Source of the DNA: Aquiluna sp.
GTDB lineage: Bacteria > Actinomycetota > Actinomycetes > Actinomycetales > Microbacteriaceae
Length of the DNA: 44,258 bases
NCBI GenBank assembly: GCA_049426345.1
Contig: JBMSYD010000001.1
Span: forward strand, 1 to 44,258
Direction of reading: 5' to 3'
The position numbers were made by a program, and so were the translations under genes. Below are positions 1 to 9,468 of this stretch, in pieces. Each line of letters begins with the position of its first letter. Position 1 is the stretch's first letter. The notes under the pieces were generated by a model that was given only the letters and a program-made list of their open reading frames with translations, was not told where the DNA came from and made no database searches.

Positions 1-664
1 CCGCCTCCTGAACTATTGGCACCAGAGCCGCAATGTCATAAATCTTCAGATCTGGCTCGGAAGCAGCATCAATTGAACCCTCAGCCACATACATGTAGCT
101 CAAAAAGTCTCCAAAGGCCCTAATTCGCCAGACCTGCTCAGAGAGACTTTCGATGTTCTTCTCTTTCCCAATCCTTTGCCACTGCTGGATCGAGTTATAA
201 GAGATGTAGCTGTCGCTTAGATCTGAAACGGCAGAAACGCTGAGTTTCCGCACGCTGCCGTCGACGTCTCGCGTGAAAGCCCCCTCGCCTTTACTGGCCC
301 ACCATCTTCTTCCCAACGCTGGGGCTGAAACAACGGAAGTTGTGATTGTGGAATCAATTCTCAAGGCGATGAGAGTTGCCCAAATTGGCAGGCCCCTAAG
401 AAAGTTAGCGGTCCCATCGATGGGGTCAACAATCCAGGTTCGCGAGCTACTGCCCGTGTTCTCAAACTCCTCGCCAATAACGCTGTCGGCTGGGGCGAGC
501 TGAGAAATCATTTCACGAATTTTTTTCTCAACTGACTGGTCAGCATCAGTGACTGGTGTTCGATCGGGCTTGGTTTCAATCTTCAGATCGAGCGCTTGAA
601 AACGAGCAAGTGAAATCTCATCTGCTGCATCTGCCAGTGCGAGAGCTAACTCCAGGTCTTTCAT
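1..664 (-). CDS. hisN: Histidinol-phosphatase (inositol monophosphatase family), 3' end outside window
   Basis: Not in the ORF track. Translated by hand from ATG at 664 (TGATG overlap with the rsgA stop): MKDLELALALADAADEISLARFQALDLKIETKPDRTPVTDAD...GEE...WIVDPIDGTANF..., which are IMPase motifs; aroA-rsgA-hisN is the usual actinobacterial order. Confidence 0.88.
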   Translation of the reverse strand, partial: MKDLELALALADAADEISLARFQALDLKIETKPDRTPVTDADQSVEKKIREMISQLAPADSVIGEEFENTGSSSRTWIVDPIDGTANFLRGLPIWATLIALRIDSTITTSVVSAPALGRRWWASKGEGAFTRDVDGSVRKLSVSAVSDLSDSYISYNSIQQWQRIGKEKNIESLSEQVWRIRAFGDFLSYMYVAEGSIDAASEPDLKIYDIAALVPIVQEA

Positions 665-1650
665 CACTGCCAATCTACCGATGAAATTGAGTCGGCCAAT
701 CTTCTAAAGGAGCTGACTCTTTCAGGTTTTAGATTGCCAGCCGCAACTGCAGCATCCAGTTCACAATCGGGGGATCCGGCAAGGTGTGAGCAATCTCGCG
801 GACACCGTTTGGCTACCTCATTGAGATCCGAAAAGCCGGAAAGAATTTGTTCGGTTGTAATGCCTGATAACCCAAAGGTTCTGACCCCTGGCGTATCAAT
901 TATCCAGCCGTCACCAATATCGATTGCCACCGCAGAAGATGACGTGTGCTTTCCTTTGCCGGTTGACTCGTTCACTTCGCCTGTCACTCTTGCGCTCTGG
1001 GGCGCCAATTGGTTAATTAGTGTTGATTTACCGACTCCAGAGTGTCCAACAAAGACACTCTTTTTCCCGGAAATTAGGCTTCTCAGCTCCACTAGATTCG
1101 GCGAGACTTTCGAGGTCTTAATGATTCTTAGATTGGTGTCCGAAAAGTTATCAATGAACTCCTGCGGATCAGCCAGGTCACATTTAGTCATCACTAATAC
1201 CGGGTCCAGTCCTTGGACATAACTTGCAACCAGAAACCGATCAACCAAGCGAGCCCTAGGTTCTGGGTTGGTTGCAGCCATAACAATGACGAGCTGATCG
1301 GCATTGGCGACTATTCTCTGCTCGCTGCCATCTTCTGCTACTCGAGTTAGCTCAGAATTGCGAGGTTGAAGCTGAACAATGCGAGCGAGTGTTCCGGTTT
1401 TTCCCGACACATCCCCGTCTAGAAGAACCTGATCGCAGGTAACACACCCTTCTTGGCGCAGTTCCTTTGCCAGGGTCGCTAACACCTCAACGCCTGATTC
1501 AGTCAGTACTCGATAGCGTGCGAGGTGAACCTCGAGCACCATCCCCTGTTCGGCATTTTCAAAGCTGGGGCGAATTTTGGTGCGCGGTCTGGAACCCTTG
1601 GGATTTGGCCTAACTCTAACGTCGTCCTCGTCGAGATCTCGCCAGTTCAA
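664..1650 (-). CDS. rsgA: Ribosome small subunit-dependent GTPase A
   Basis: Circularly permuted GTPase motifs TKCD, GHSGVGKST, DTPG; C-terminal CPRDCSH...C zinc site. Confidence 0.95.
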   Translation of the reverse strand: MNWRDLDEDDVRVRPNPKGSRPRTKIRPSFENAEQGMVLEVHLARYRVLTESGVEVLATLAKELRQEGCVTCDQVLLDGDVSGKTGTLARIVQLQPRNSELTRVAEDGSEQRIVANADQLVIVMAATNPEPRARLVDRFLVASYVQGLDPVLVMTKCDLADPQEFIDNFSDTNLRIIKTSKVSPNLVELRSLISGKKSVFVGHSGVGKSTLINQLAPQSARVTGEVNESTGKGKHTSSSAVAIDIGDGWIIDTPGVRTFGLSGITTEQILSGFSDLNEVAKRCPRDCSHLAGSPDCELDAAVAAGNLKPERVSSFRRLADSISSVDWQ

Positions 1651-2912
1651 TTGCTCTCCAGCATCTCAAACCAAAGGGCAGAAAAGTCCGGCATGGTCTT
1701 GCTGGTCACAGAAATATCTTGAATCTCGATACCTTCGACCACGAGGCCGATGATTGCACCAGCTGTTGCCATGCGGTGATCTTCGTAGGTTTTCCACAAT
1801 CCACCGTGCAGCTTGCCAGGGCTGATGGAAATTCCATCCTCCAGTTCCGTAGCAGACCCTCCGATTGCATTGATCTCGTTTACCAGTGCGGCAATGCGAT
1901 CAGTCTCGTGACCTCGCAGGTGAGAAATTCCTGTCAGCTCGGATGGAGAATCGGCCAATGCAGCAATTGCGGCAATAGTCGGCACCAGCTCACCAGCTTC
2001 AGATAAGTCTGCGCTCAGTCCATGAATCTTGCCGGTTCCGCGAACCACCAACTTGCCATCTTTCTCACTAACGTCTGCACCCATCTGAGCCAGAAGTTTC
2101 TTAAACTGATCGCCAACCTGAGTTGTTTGTTTTGGCCAAGGGATTGATATTTCAGAACCGGTTATGGCGGCAGCGGCTAAAAACGGACCAGCATTTGAAA
2201 GATCTGGCTCAATTTCAATTTCAGCACCGCTAACTTCTCCGGGCATTACTTGCCAAATTGCCTGCTCTTTTGCTTTTGCCAAAACCCCTCGCTGAGCTAG
2301 GCAGGTGAGTGTCATATCTATATGTGGCAATGAGGGAACGCTCTGTCCGGTGTGACGAATTACTAGACCACTGTCATAGCGTGCACCGGATAGAAGTAGA
2401 CCCGAAACAAATTGCGAGGAGGCTGACGCGTCGATTGAAACCTCGCCGCCCTTTACTGCACCGGTTGCGGAGATAGAAAAAGGAAGTGAATCGTCATCAG
2501 AAAAGACGCTCACTCCGAGCTTTCTTAGTGAGTCAATAGTGGTTGCCATCGGTCTTCGTCTTGCTTGAGCGTCTCCGTCAAAGGTAATCTCGCCCTGCGC
2601 GAGAGCGGCCAGTGGTGGGATGAATCTCATGACAGTGCCAGCTAAACCACACTCAATTTTGACACCGCCATGGAGTGTGCCAGGAATTACCCTTAGCTGG
2701 TTTCCAGACTTCTCAAATCTTGTTCCGAGTTGGTTAAGCGCCTCAATCATCAGCTGAGTGTCACGAGAGTAAAGCGGATCGAGCAAGGTCGATTCGCGGT
2801 TTGCAAGAGCTGATAGTACGAGTTCTCGATTGGTGAGCGATTTAGAACCGGGCAGGCGAAGGCTCGCTTTGAACCCTTTTGCTTGCGGGGCTGACCAACT
2901 GGCTTTACTCAC
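1647..2912 (-). CDS. aroA: 3-phosphoshikimate 1-carboxyvinyltransferase (EPSP synthase)
   Basis: [33 protein letters not shown] and DHRMA motifs; GTG start. Confidence 0.96.
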   Translation of the reverse strand: MSKASWSAPQAKGFKASLRLPGSKSLTNRELVLSALANRESTLLDPLYSRDTQLMIEALNQLGTRFEKSGNQLRVIPGTLHGGVKIECGLAGTVMRFIPPLAALAQGEITFDGDAQARRRPMATTIDSLRKLGVSVFSDDDSLPFSISATGAVKGGEVSIDASASSQFVSGLLLSGARYDSGLVIRHTGQSVPSLPHIDMTLTCLAQRGVLAKAKEQAIWQVMPGEVSGAEIEIEPDLSNAGPFLAAAAITGSEISIPWPKQTTQVGDQFKKLLAQMGADVSEKDGKLVVRGTGKIHGLSADLSEAGELVPTIAAIAALADSPSELTGISHLRGHETDRIAALVNEINAIGGSATELEDGISISPGKLHGGLWKTYEDHRMATAGAIIGLVVEGIEIQDISVTSKTMPDFSALWFEMLESN

Positions 2913-2918
2913 CTAACC

Positions 2919-2924
2919 AAGATA
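2919..2924 (-). promoter_or_regulatory. -10 element (TATCTT) of probable leaderless aroA transcript
   Basis: TANNNT hexamer 6 nt upstream of the GTG start. Confidence 0.5.
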
Positions 2925-2967
2925 CCCGCAGTCTTGGCGGAAGTTTTCGGTTTTCCCTTTCGCCGCC

Positions 2968-2973
2968 TAGACT
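2968..2973 (+). promoter_or_regulatory. -10 element (TAGACT) of probable leaderless sigma factor transcript
   Basis: TAGACT 7 nt upstream of ATG 2981. Confidence 0.55.
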
Positions 2974-2980
2974 GCAGGTG

Positions 2981-3562
2981 ATGAAAGATAAGTCAGCGAA
3001 GCTAAAGAGCTTTGAAGAGCAGGCTTTGCCGCTGATGCCGCAGCTATTTGGTGCTGCGCTTCGCTGGACCAGAAACCCATCCGACGCCGAAGATTTAGTC
3101 CAAGAGACCTTTGCGAAAGCCTTTGTCGCCTGGGACAAGTTCGAACAGGGAACCAACCTCAAGGCTTGGCTGTTTCGCATCATGACCAACACCCACATCA
3201 ACCTCTATAACAAGCGCAGCAAAGATCAGGCCAAGACCCCGCTGGATGAGCTGGAGGACTGGCAATTAGGCGGGGGAGAATCCCTCACCTCGGTCTCCAC
3301 CCGCTCGGCTGAGTCGGTGGCCCTGGATAACCTGCCGGCCCCAATCATCCGAAATGCCATGGACCAGCTCCCGGACGAGTTCCGAATGGTCGTCTACTAT
3401 GCCGTAGTGGAGGGCCTGCCCTATGCCGAGATTGCCGAGGTTATGGAGACCCCGGTGGGAACGGTAATGTCCAGGCTCCATCGCGGGAAGAAAATGCTGA
3501 GAACTTTGTTGCATGAATACGCGGAACAAGAAGGCTATAAGACCGAGGAGGTGCAGGAATGA
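2981..3562 (+). CDS. sigH: ECF sigma factor, SigH/SigR-like (thiol stress)
   Basis: Region 2 [14 protein letters not shown]...[14 protein letters not shown] and region 4 [22 protein letters not shown]; followed by a ZAS anti-sigma. Start moved from 2879 to ATG 2981 because the longer ORF overlaps aroA. Confidence 0.88.
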   Translation: MKDKSAKLKSFEEQALPLMPQLFGAALRWTRNPSDAEDLVQETFAKAFVAWDKFEQGTNLKAWLFRIMTNTHINLYNKRSKDQAKTPLDELEDWQLGGGESLTSVSTRSAESVALDNLPAPIIRNAMDQLPDEFRMVVYYAVVEGLPYAEIAEVMETPVGTVMSRLHRGKKMLRTLLHEYAEQEGYKTEEVQE

Positions 3563-3801
3563 AGCAGGTTGACTGCGAGGAAGTAAAGCGCAATGTCCAC
3601 GAGTTTCTGCACTCTGAGCTGCAGGAGACTGACCTGGCCAGCATTACCTCCCATATCGCAAATTGCGAGTCATGTGAGAAGCACTATGACATTGAGGTCG
3701 TTTTCAACCAGGTAATCCAGCGATCCTGTGATGAGGCTCCAACCGAGGAGCTAGCGGAGCGCGTAAAGCAGCGCCTGCGCGAGATTCAGGATCACGACTG
3801 A
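3559..3801 (+). CDS. Zinc-binding anti-sigma factor, RsrA/RshA-like (zf-HC2)
   Basis: HxxxCxxC (HIANCESC) plus an N-terminal Cys; ATGA overlap with the sigma gene. Confidence 0.88.
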   Translation: MKQVDCEEVKRNVHEFLHSELQETDLASITSHIANCESCEKHYDIEVVFNQVIQRSCDEAPTEELAERVKQRLREIQDHD

Positions 3802-4388
3802 GGCTCAGTTAGCCCCAGCCATTCAAACCAACCCTTATTTAGCACCAGCCAAGCAATCAGGCCATAACCAACCTGACCCGGCAATCTTCTAGGGTGAGCG
3901 GCCACTTCGGCCAACCAGCCCTCATGTTCTTTGAGCGGATTAAAGCAGTCAACGTATTTCAGCTGTCTTCTTTTAACAACATCCGCAAATCCTGCACTCA
4001 GCTCCTCCACCTCCGAGTCGTATTCTTTGACGCCGGAGGGGGTTGGGCCAACCACAAACACCCTCACACCCTCACGGATCGCATCATCCAGCAGCGATGC
4101 AAGATTGAGCCGAGAGCGTGAGATGGTGATTTGGGCGAGGATGTCTTGCGAGGAAAGTGCAATCACCAAATAGTTTTCAGTGTCTTTGCTAAACCTTGGC
4201 AGGGCTTCGCTTTGCCAACGCTCTAACAGCTGCGCGGTAGTCTCGCCAACTTTTGCCAGCGGAAAAACGGCAACGTCGTCTCCTTGTGGAGTTCTTGCTT
4301 GAACTCTGCCGAGCCAACCCAGACCCTTCGGATCACCAGCGGCAGTTAGCAGCTCATCACCTAGAACAACGACCCGAAGATTGCGCAT
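3792..4388 (-). CDS. SGNH/GDSL-fold protein with degenerate catalytic motifs
   Basis: Block I reads VLGDEL rather than GDS; GDPKGLGW follows; the C-terminal PGQVGY has no DxxH before it. Confidence 0.75.
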   Translation of the reverse strand: MRNLRVVVLGDELLTAAGDPKGLGWLGRVQARTPQGDDVAVFPLAKVGETTAQLLERWQSEALPRFSKDTENYLVIALSSQDILAQITISRSRLNLASLLDDAIREGVRVFVVGPTPSGVKEYDSEVEELSAGFADVVKRRQLKYVDCFNPLKEHEGWLAEVAAHPRRLPGQVGYGLIAWLVLNKGWFEWLGLTEPQS

Positions 4389-7300
4389 CAGTCAGCAAAT
4401 GCTCTGGCAATAACGTCTGCCTGTTCAGCTGCGTGACGTTTGCTAGAGCCGGTGGCGGGAGAAGCTGAAGCTGGTCTGGAGACAACTTGGAAGTTGATGC
4501 CATACTTCGGCATAAACAGTCCCATGTATGTCCAAGGACCCTGGTTGGCAGGCTCATCCTGCACCCAGCGCAGTTGCGCCGAAGGATACTGAGCAATGAT
4601 CTGCTTCATTTCCTCAACCGGGGTTGGGTAAAGCTGCTCGATGCGAACAATGGCGGTGTCGCCATTTGCGCGCTTTTGACTCTCGGCTAGCAGCTCCCAA
4701 TAAATCTTGCCGGAGCAGAACAGAACCTTCTTCACGTTTTGTGGAGAGAGCCCTTGCTGATCTGCAATCAATGGTTGGAAGGTGCCGCTTGTGAAGTCGC
4801 TTACTTCACTGGATGCTGCCTTTAATCTGAGCATGGATTTTGGTGTGAAGATGATGAGCGGTCTGCGCGGTGTTGCATAAGCCTGTCTGCGAAGCAGGTG
4901 GAAGTGGCTAGCGGGAGTGGATGGCTGGGCGACGGTCATGTTGTTCTCAGCACACAGCTGCAGGAATCTTTCGATTCGACCAGAGGAGTGGTCCGGACCC
5001 TGACCTTCATAGCCGTGGGGGAGAAGCAGAACCAGTGAAGAGTATTGCTGCCACTTCTGCTCAGCTGATGAAATGAACTCGTCGATGATGGTTTGAGCGC
5101 CATTCGCGAAATCGCCAAACTGCGCTTCCCACAGAGTTAGCGCATTGGGCTCTTCCACCGAGTAGCCATACTCAAATCCCATAGCTGCATACTCGCTAAG
5201 CAGTGAGTTGTAGACCTGAAGCTGTGCCTGGGTCTCAGAGATGAAGCTCAGTGGCATCCACTCGGCTCCGGTCTCGCGATCGAAGAAAGTGGCATGGCGC
5301 TGAACGAAGGTTCCGCGTCTTGCGTCTTGACCAGCTAGGCGAACCTTGGTTCCCTCCAAAAGCAGTGATCCAAAGGCTAGAAGTTCTCCAAAGCCCCAGT
5401 CGATGCCACCCTCTCGGCTCATTTCAACACGCTTTTGCAAAAGCTGAGCAAGCTTGGGATGAACGGTGAAGCCGGTGGGCAGGTTGGCGTGAGCGTTTCC
5501 GATTGCCTCCACCACTTCTTTGGCAACAGCGGTTGGTTTGGCAATGGCCTGCTTTTCGCTGGCGGTTGTTCCAATGCCAACTGGTCGCTCAGGCAGAGCA
5601 ACCGGCTGGCTCATGGCCTCGTGAACCTCGACAAAAGCGTTTTCCAAGTTCGCCTGGAAGTTAGCGTTTGCTTGGTCAAACTCGGCCTGCGTGATGTCAC
5701 CGCGGCCAATCAGGTTTTCCATATAAAGAGTGCGGACGCTGCGCTTGGCTTCAATCAGGTTATACATCAGTGGCTGAGTCATCGATGGGTCATCACCCTC
5801 GTTGTGACCGCGGCGGCGATAGCTAAGAATGTCAATCACGACGTCTTTGTTGAACTTTTGTCTGTAATCAAAAGCAATTTGAGCAACTCTTACCACTGCC
5901 TCCGGGTCATCACCATTGACGTGGAAGATTGGGGCTTGAATGCCCTTGGCAAAATCTGTGGCGTAGGTGGATGTTCTAGCATCCTTTGGCAAAGTGGTGA
6001 ATCCAACTTGGTTATTCACGATCACGTGAATAGTTCCACCAACTTTGTAGCCCTCGAGCTGGCTGAACTGCATGGTCTCTGGAACAACTCCTTGACCTGC
6101 GAACGCAGCATCACCGTGGATAAGCACAGGCAAAATTGGGTAGTTCCCCGGATTACCAAGGCGATCTTGTTTCGCTCGAACGATTCCCTCTAGAACGGGA
6201 TTCACGGCTTCCAAGTGAGAAGGGTTAGCGGCCAGGTAAACCTTGAGGGAGTTTCCCTGGGCGGAGGTGAAGGTTCCGTGAGTTCCCAGGTGATACTTCA
6301 CATCGCCTGAACCCTGCACGCCCTTGGCATCGGTTGATCCTTCGAATTCTCGGAATACCTGGCCATAGGTCTTACCCGCAATGTTCGTCAGAACATTTAG
6401 GCGACCACGGTGGGCCATCGCGATTGCAACCTCATCAAGCTGCGCATCAGCTGCCGACTGCAGAATCTGATCAAGCGCCGGAATCAGGGACTCGCTGCCC
6501 TCGAGTGAGAAACGCTTTTGACCAACGAACTTGGTTTGCAAGAAAGTCTCAAAAGCCTCGGCCTCATTCAGCTTGGCAAGAATTCGGAACTGTTCTTCTT
6601 TGGAAGGTTTGCGGTAGGGCTGCTCCAGGGTGTCTTGGAACCACTTGCGTTCGTCTGGATCCGCGATGTGCATGTATTCGATACCGACTGTGCGGCAATA
6701 GGTGTCGCGCAGAATTCCAAGCATGTTGCGGAACTTGGCTTTTACTCGCCCGCCGAAGCCACCTGTCTTAAATGTTCGATCTAAATCCCAAAGCGATAGA
6801 CCATAGTTTCGGATGTCCAGATCTGGATGCCAGCGCTGAACGTATTCCAGTGGATCGATATCAGCAATCAGGTGACCGCGCTCACGGAAAGCGTTGATGT
6901 ATTCCTGGATTCTGGTGTTCTTGCCGGACTGGTCAGCTAGGTCCCAATGGAAATCATTTACCCACACCACCGGGGTGTAGGGGATACGCATATCAGCAAA
7001 GATCTTGACGTAGAAATCGCGCTCACCAAGTAGCAGCTCTTCCACAATCTTTAGAAACTCTCCGCTGCCAGCTCCTTGAATAACTCTGTGGTCATAGGTT
7101 GAGGTGAGGGTTAGGACTTTGCCAATGCCCTGCTCTGCAAGCTGCTCTTCGCTGAGTCCTTTGAACTGCGCTGGGTATTCCAGTGCGCCGACTCCCACGA
7201 TGCAGCCCTGACCCTTGGTGAGTCTTGGCACGGAGTGAACAGTTCCAATTCCGCCAGGGTTGGTTAGAGAAATAGTTGTTCCCGCAAAATCATCGGCGGC

Positions 7301-8059
7301 GAGTTTGTTATCCCTCGCCCTTGCCACTAGATCGTCATAGGCGGAGAGGAATTCGGCAAAGTTAAGTTTTTGTGCCTTTTTGATGTTTGGAACTAGCAGT
7401 GCTCTGGTTCCATCTGGCTTCGGAATATCGATTGCCAAACCAAGATTCACGTGCGGGGGAGTGATTGCGGCAGGTTTACCATCAATCTCGTCGTAGTAGA
7501 CATTTTGACTTGGGAATTCTTTTAGGGCCTGCACTACCGCATAGCCAATCAGGTGAGTGAAAGAAACCTTGCCACCGCGAGTGCGCTTGAGGTGAGAGTT
7601 GACAACAATTCGGTTATCAATCAGAACTTTTGCAGGCAGTTGACGAACGCTGGTTGCAGTCGGAACGCTCAGCGAGGCATCCATGTTGGAAGCAAGAGTC
7701 TTTGCCATTCCGCGCAGTATGTTGACCTCCGCTTGCGCCTCTTCTTCCTGAACAACAATCGGCATGGAGCCAGTGGCGGGCAGGTCGGCAGGAACTGGTG
7801 CTGTGAACGAACCGGTGTCGGTCGCCTTTGCAATCGGCATGGTGATAGCTTCGGTATTCGCTGGTGCTGGCTGAGCTGGCACGGCTGACTGCGTTACCTG
7901 AGCACCAGATTGTGTTTGCTGGTAGCGCTCGAGGATTGGTATCCAAGATCTGTCAATTGAGTCTGGGTTTTCAAGCCATTGGGCGTACATTTCGGCTACT
8001 AGCCACTCATTTGCACCAAAATCAGCTTGGGTATTGCCTGGGTTGGAGGAGGACAACAT
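4388..8059 (-). CDS. kgd: Multifunctional 2-oxoglutarate decarboxylase/dehydrogenase (actinobacterial E2o-E1o fusion)
   Basis: N-terminal FGANEWLV, acyltransferase-like YDHRVIQG, ThDP motif HGDAAFAGQG, WEAQFGDF; 1223 aa. Confidence 0.96.
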   Translation of the reverse strand: MLSSSNPGNTQADFGANEWLVAEMYAQWLENPDSIDRSWIPILERYQQTQSGAQVTQSAVPAQPAPANTEAITMPIAKATDTGSFTAPVPADLPATGSMPIVVQEEEAQAEVNILRGMAKTLASNMDASLSVPTATSVRQLPAKVLIDNRIVVNSHLKRTRGGKVSFTHLIGYAVVQALKEFPSQNVYYDEIDGKPAAITPPHVNLGLAIDIPKPDGTRALLVPNIKKAQKLNFAEFLSAYDDLVARARDNKLAADDFAGTTISLTNPGGIGTVHSVPRLTKGQGCIVGVGALEYPAQFKGLSEEQLAEQGIGKVLTLTSTYDHRVIQGAGSGEFLKIVEELLLGERDFYVKIFADMRIPYTPVVWVNDFHWDLADQSGKNTRIQEYINAFRERGHLIADIDPLEYVQRWHPDLDIRNYGLSLWDLDRTFKTGGFGGRVKAKFRNMLGILRDTYCRTVGIEYMHIADPDERKWFQDTLEQPYRKPSKEEQFRILAKLNEAEAFETFLQTKFVGQKRFSLEGSESLIPALDQILQSAADAQLDEVAIAMAHRGRLNVLTNIAGKTYGQVFREFEGSTDAKGVQGSGDVKYHLGTHGTFTSAQGNSLKVYLAANPSHLEAVNPVLEGIVRAKQDRLGNPGNYPILPVLIHGDAAFAGQGVVPETMQFSQLEGYKVGGTIHVIVNNQVGFTTLPKDARTSTYATDFAKGIQAPIFHVNGDDPEAVVRVAQIAFDYRQKFNKDVVIDILSYRRRGHNEGDDPSMTQPLMYNLIEAKRSVRTLYMENLIGRGDITQAEFDQANANFQANLENAFVEVHEAMSQPVALPERPVGIGTTASEKQAIAKPTAVAKEVVEAIGNAHANLPTGFTVHPKLAQLLQKRVEMSREGGIDWGFGELLAFGSLLLEGTKVRLAGQDARRGTFVQRHATFFDRETGAEWMPLSFISETQAQLQVYNSLLSEYAAMGFEYGYSVEEPNALTLWEAQFGDFANGAQTIIDEFISSAEQKWQQYSSLVLLLPHGYEGQGPDHSSGRIERFLQLCAENNMTVAQPSTPASHFHLLRRQAYATPRRPLIIFTPKSMLRLKAASSEVSDFTSGTFQPLIADQQGLSPQNVKKVLFCSGKIYWELLAESQKRANGDTAIVRIEQLYPTPVEEMKQIIAQYPSAQLRWVQDEPANQGPWTYMGLFMPKYGINFQVVSRPASASPATGSSKRHAAEQADVIARAFAD

Positions 8060-8128
8060 TTCCCCTTATTTACTTGCCTGCGGACGCCCTAAAGTCTAAC
8101 CAATTGAGCGGCTATAGTGTTTTCTGAA

Positions 8129-8167
8129 ATGGAGCACGATAAACGCACATTTAGGGTGATTGCTTGA
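8129..8167 (+). CDS. Putative 12-aa upstream ORF (MEHDKRTFRVIA)
   Basis: ATG 10 nt after TATAGT (8113-8118); its TGA overlaps the TTG start of the next gene (TTGA). Confidence 0.3.
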   Translation: MEHDKRTFRVIA

Positions 8168-9468
8168 GCGATTACCTAATCCTCCTGTTTGGGGCCTTAC
8201 TTGTCCTAGGCACGGCCCTGTTCGTGGCAAGCGAGTTTGCCATCATCAACGTCGACCGGGTTGACCTTGAGTCAAAGCGCGATGCTGGCGAGAAGGGCCT
8301 TGACCTCTCTATCAAGGCTGTAAAGACAACCGCGACCCAGCTTTCAGCCGCTCAGCTTGGCATCACCTTGACTGTTCTATTGACGGGCTTTGTCGCTGAA
8401 CCCGCTCTTTCCCGACTGCTAACTCCGCAGCTGAGTGGCCTTGGACTTTCCAGTGAGGGAGTCTCGGTTTTGGCGGTAGTGCTTGCGATGACGATTGCCA
8501 CCATTGTCTCCTTCTTACTCGGGGAGCTGGTTCCAAAGAACATGGCGCTGAGTGCACCAAAGAAAGTTTTGAAGGCGGTTGCGCCATTTCAGCTTGGTTT
8601 CACTTTCGTTTTTAAGTGGCTAATTGTTTTCCTTAACGAAAACGGAAACTGGATTTTGCGCCGATTTGGCATTGAGCCAAAAGAGGAGCTATCGGTTGCT
8701 AGGACGGCAGAAGAACTAACCTCGCTCGTTCGTCGATCCGCTGATCTTGGAACACTAGAGAGCGACACCGCCAAGCTGCTAGAGAAAACTCTTTCGATGA
8801 CGCAGCTTCTAGCAAGCGACATCATGACCCCCAGACCTCAGATGCAAACCCTCGAGCGCGAGAGCTCGGCCGCAGATTTGGTTTCACTGGCAAGAGAGAC
8901 AGGCCATTCTCGCTTTCCGATTCTGGGCGAGGATTCAGATGACATTGTTGGAGTTGCTCACGTTAAAAATGCGGTGGCAATTCCACTTGAGCGGCGCTCG
9001 CAAGTTCCAATTACCGCGATCATGGTCGAGCCGATTCGAGTGCCAGAAACTATGCCACTGGATCGACTAATTCTTACTCTGCGCGGCCGTGGATTGCAGT
9101 TCGGTGTGGTGGTAGATGAATACGGCGGCACTGCGGGCATTGCAACTTTGGAAGACGCGGTTGAAGAGCTAATTGGTGAGTTGGCGGACGAGCACGATAG
9201 AACTAAAGCTCACATAGTTCAGTACTCGGATGGCTCTGCTTCATTCAGTGGTCTTGCAAGACCTAGCGAGCTTCGAGAAATTGGACTGAACATCGCCGAC
9301 GATGAGGACTACGACACTATTGCCGGTTTTGTAATGAGCGAATTGGGCAAGATTCCGCAAGACGGAGATGTTGTTGAGCTACCAACAGGTGAACTCAAGG
9401 TTATCCGTATGGATGGCAGACGCGTAGATCGAATCAAATACCAACCAGGAGGCGAAGATGTCGACTGA
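8164..9468 (+). CDS. Hemolysin-family CNNM/CBS/CorC membrane protein
   Basis: FVASEFA, AQLGIT, GELVPK (CNNM/DUF21); CBS pair with HSRFP and VDEYGG; CorC-like YDTIAGFV; TTG start. Confidence 0.9.
   Translation: MSDYLILLFGALLVLGTALFVASEFAIINVDRVDLESKRDAGEKGLDLSIKAVKTTATQLSAAQLGITLTVLLTGFVAEPALSRLLTPQLSGLGLSSEGVSVLAVVLAMTIATIVSFLLGELVPKNMALSAPKKVLKAVAPFQLGFTFVFKWLIVFLNENGNWILRRFGIEPKEELSVARTAEELTSLVRRSADLGTLESDTAKLLEKTLSMTQLLASDIMTPRPQMQTLERESSAADLVSLARETGHSRFPILGEDSDDIVGVAHVKNAVAIPLERRSQVPITAIMVEPIRVPETMPLDRLILTLRGRGLQFGVVVDEYGGTAGIATLEDAVEELIGELADEHDRTKAHIVQYSDGSASFSGLARPSELREIGLNIADDEDYDTIAGFVMSELGKIPQDGDVVELPTGELKVIRMDGRRVDRIKYQPGGEDVD

Noticed and set aside
2939-2965. SigH/SigR autoregulatory promoter (GGAA-N18/19-GTT)
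   Set aside because: GGAAG is present but there is no GTT at the required spacing.
2879-2980. N-terminal extension of the sigma factor in the ORF track
   Set aside because: Overlaps aroA head-to-head and covers promoter elements; ATG 2981 fits better. Similar over-extensions were trimmed for metY, M20, DeoR, MFS, rpsP and trmD.
5435-6193. 252-aa + strand ORF inside kgd
   Set aside because: Codon-aligned antisense shadow of a conserved gene, with no motifs or meaningful junctions. Most other short overlapping track ORFs were rejected for the same reason.
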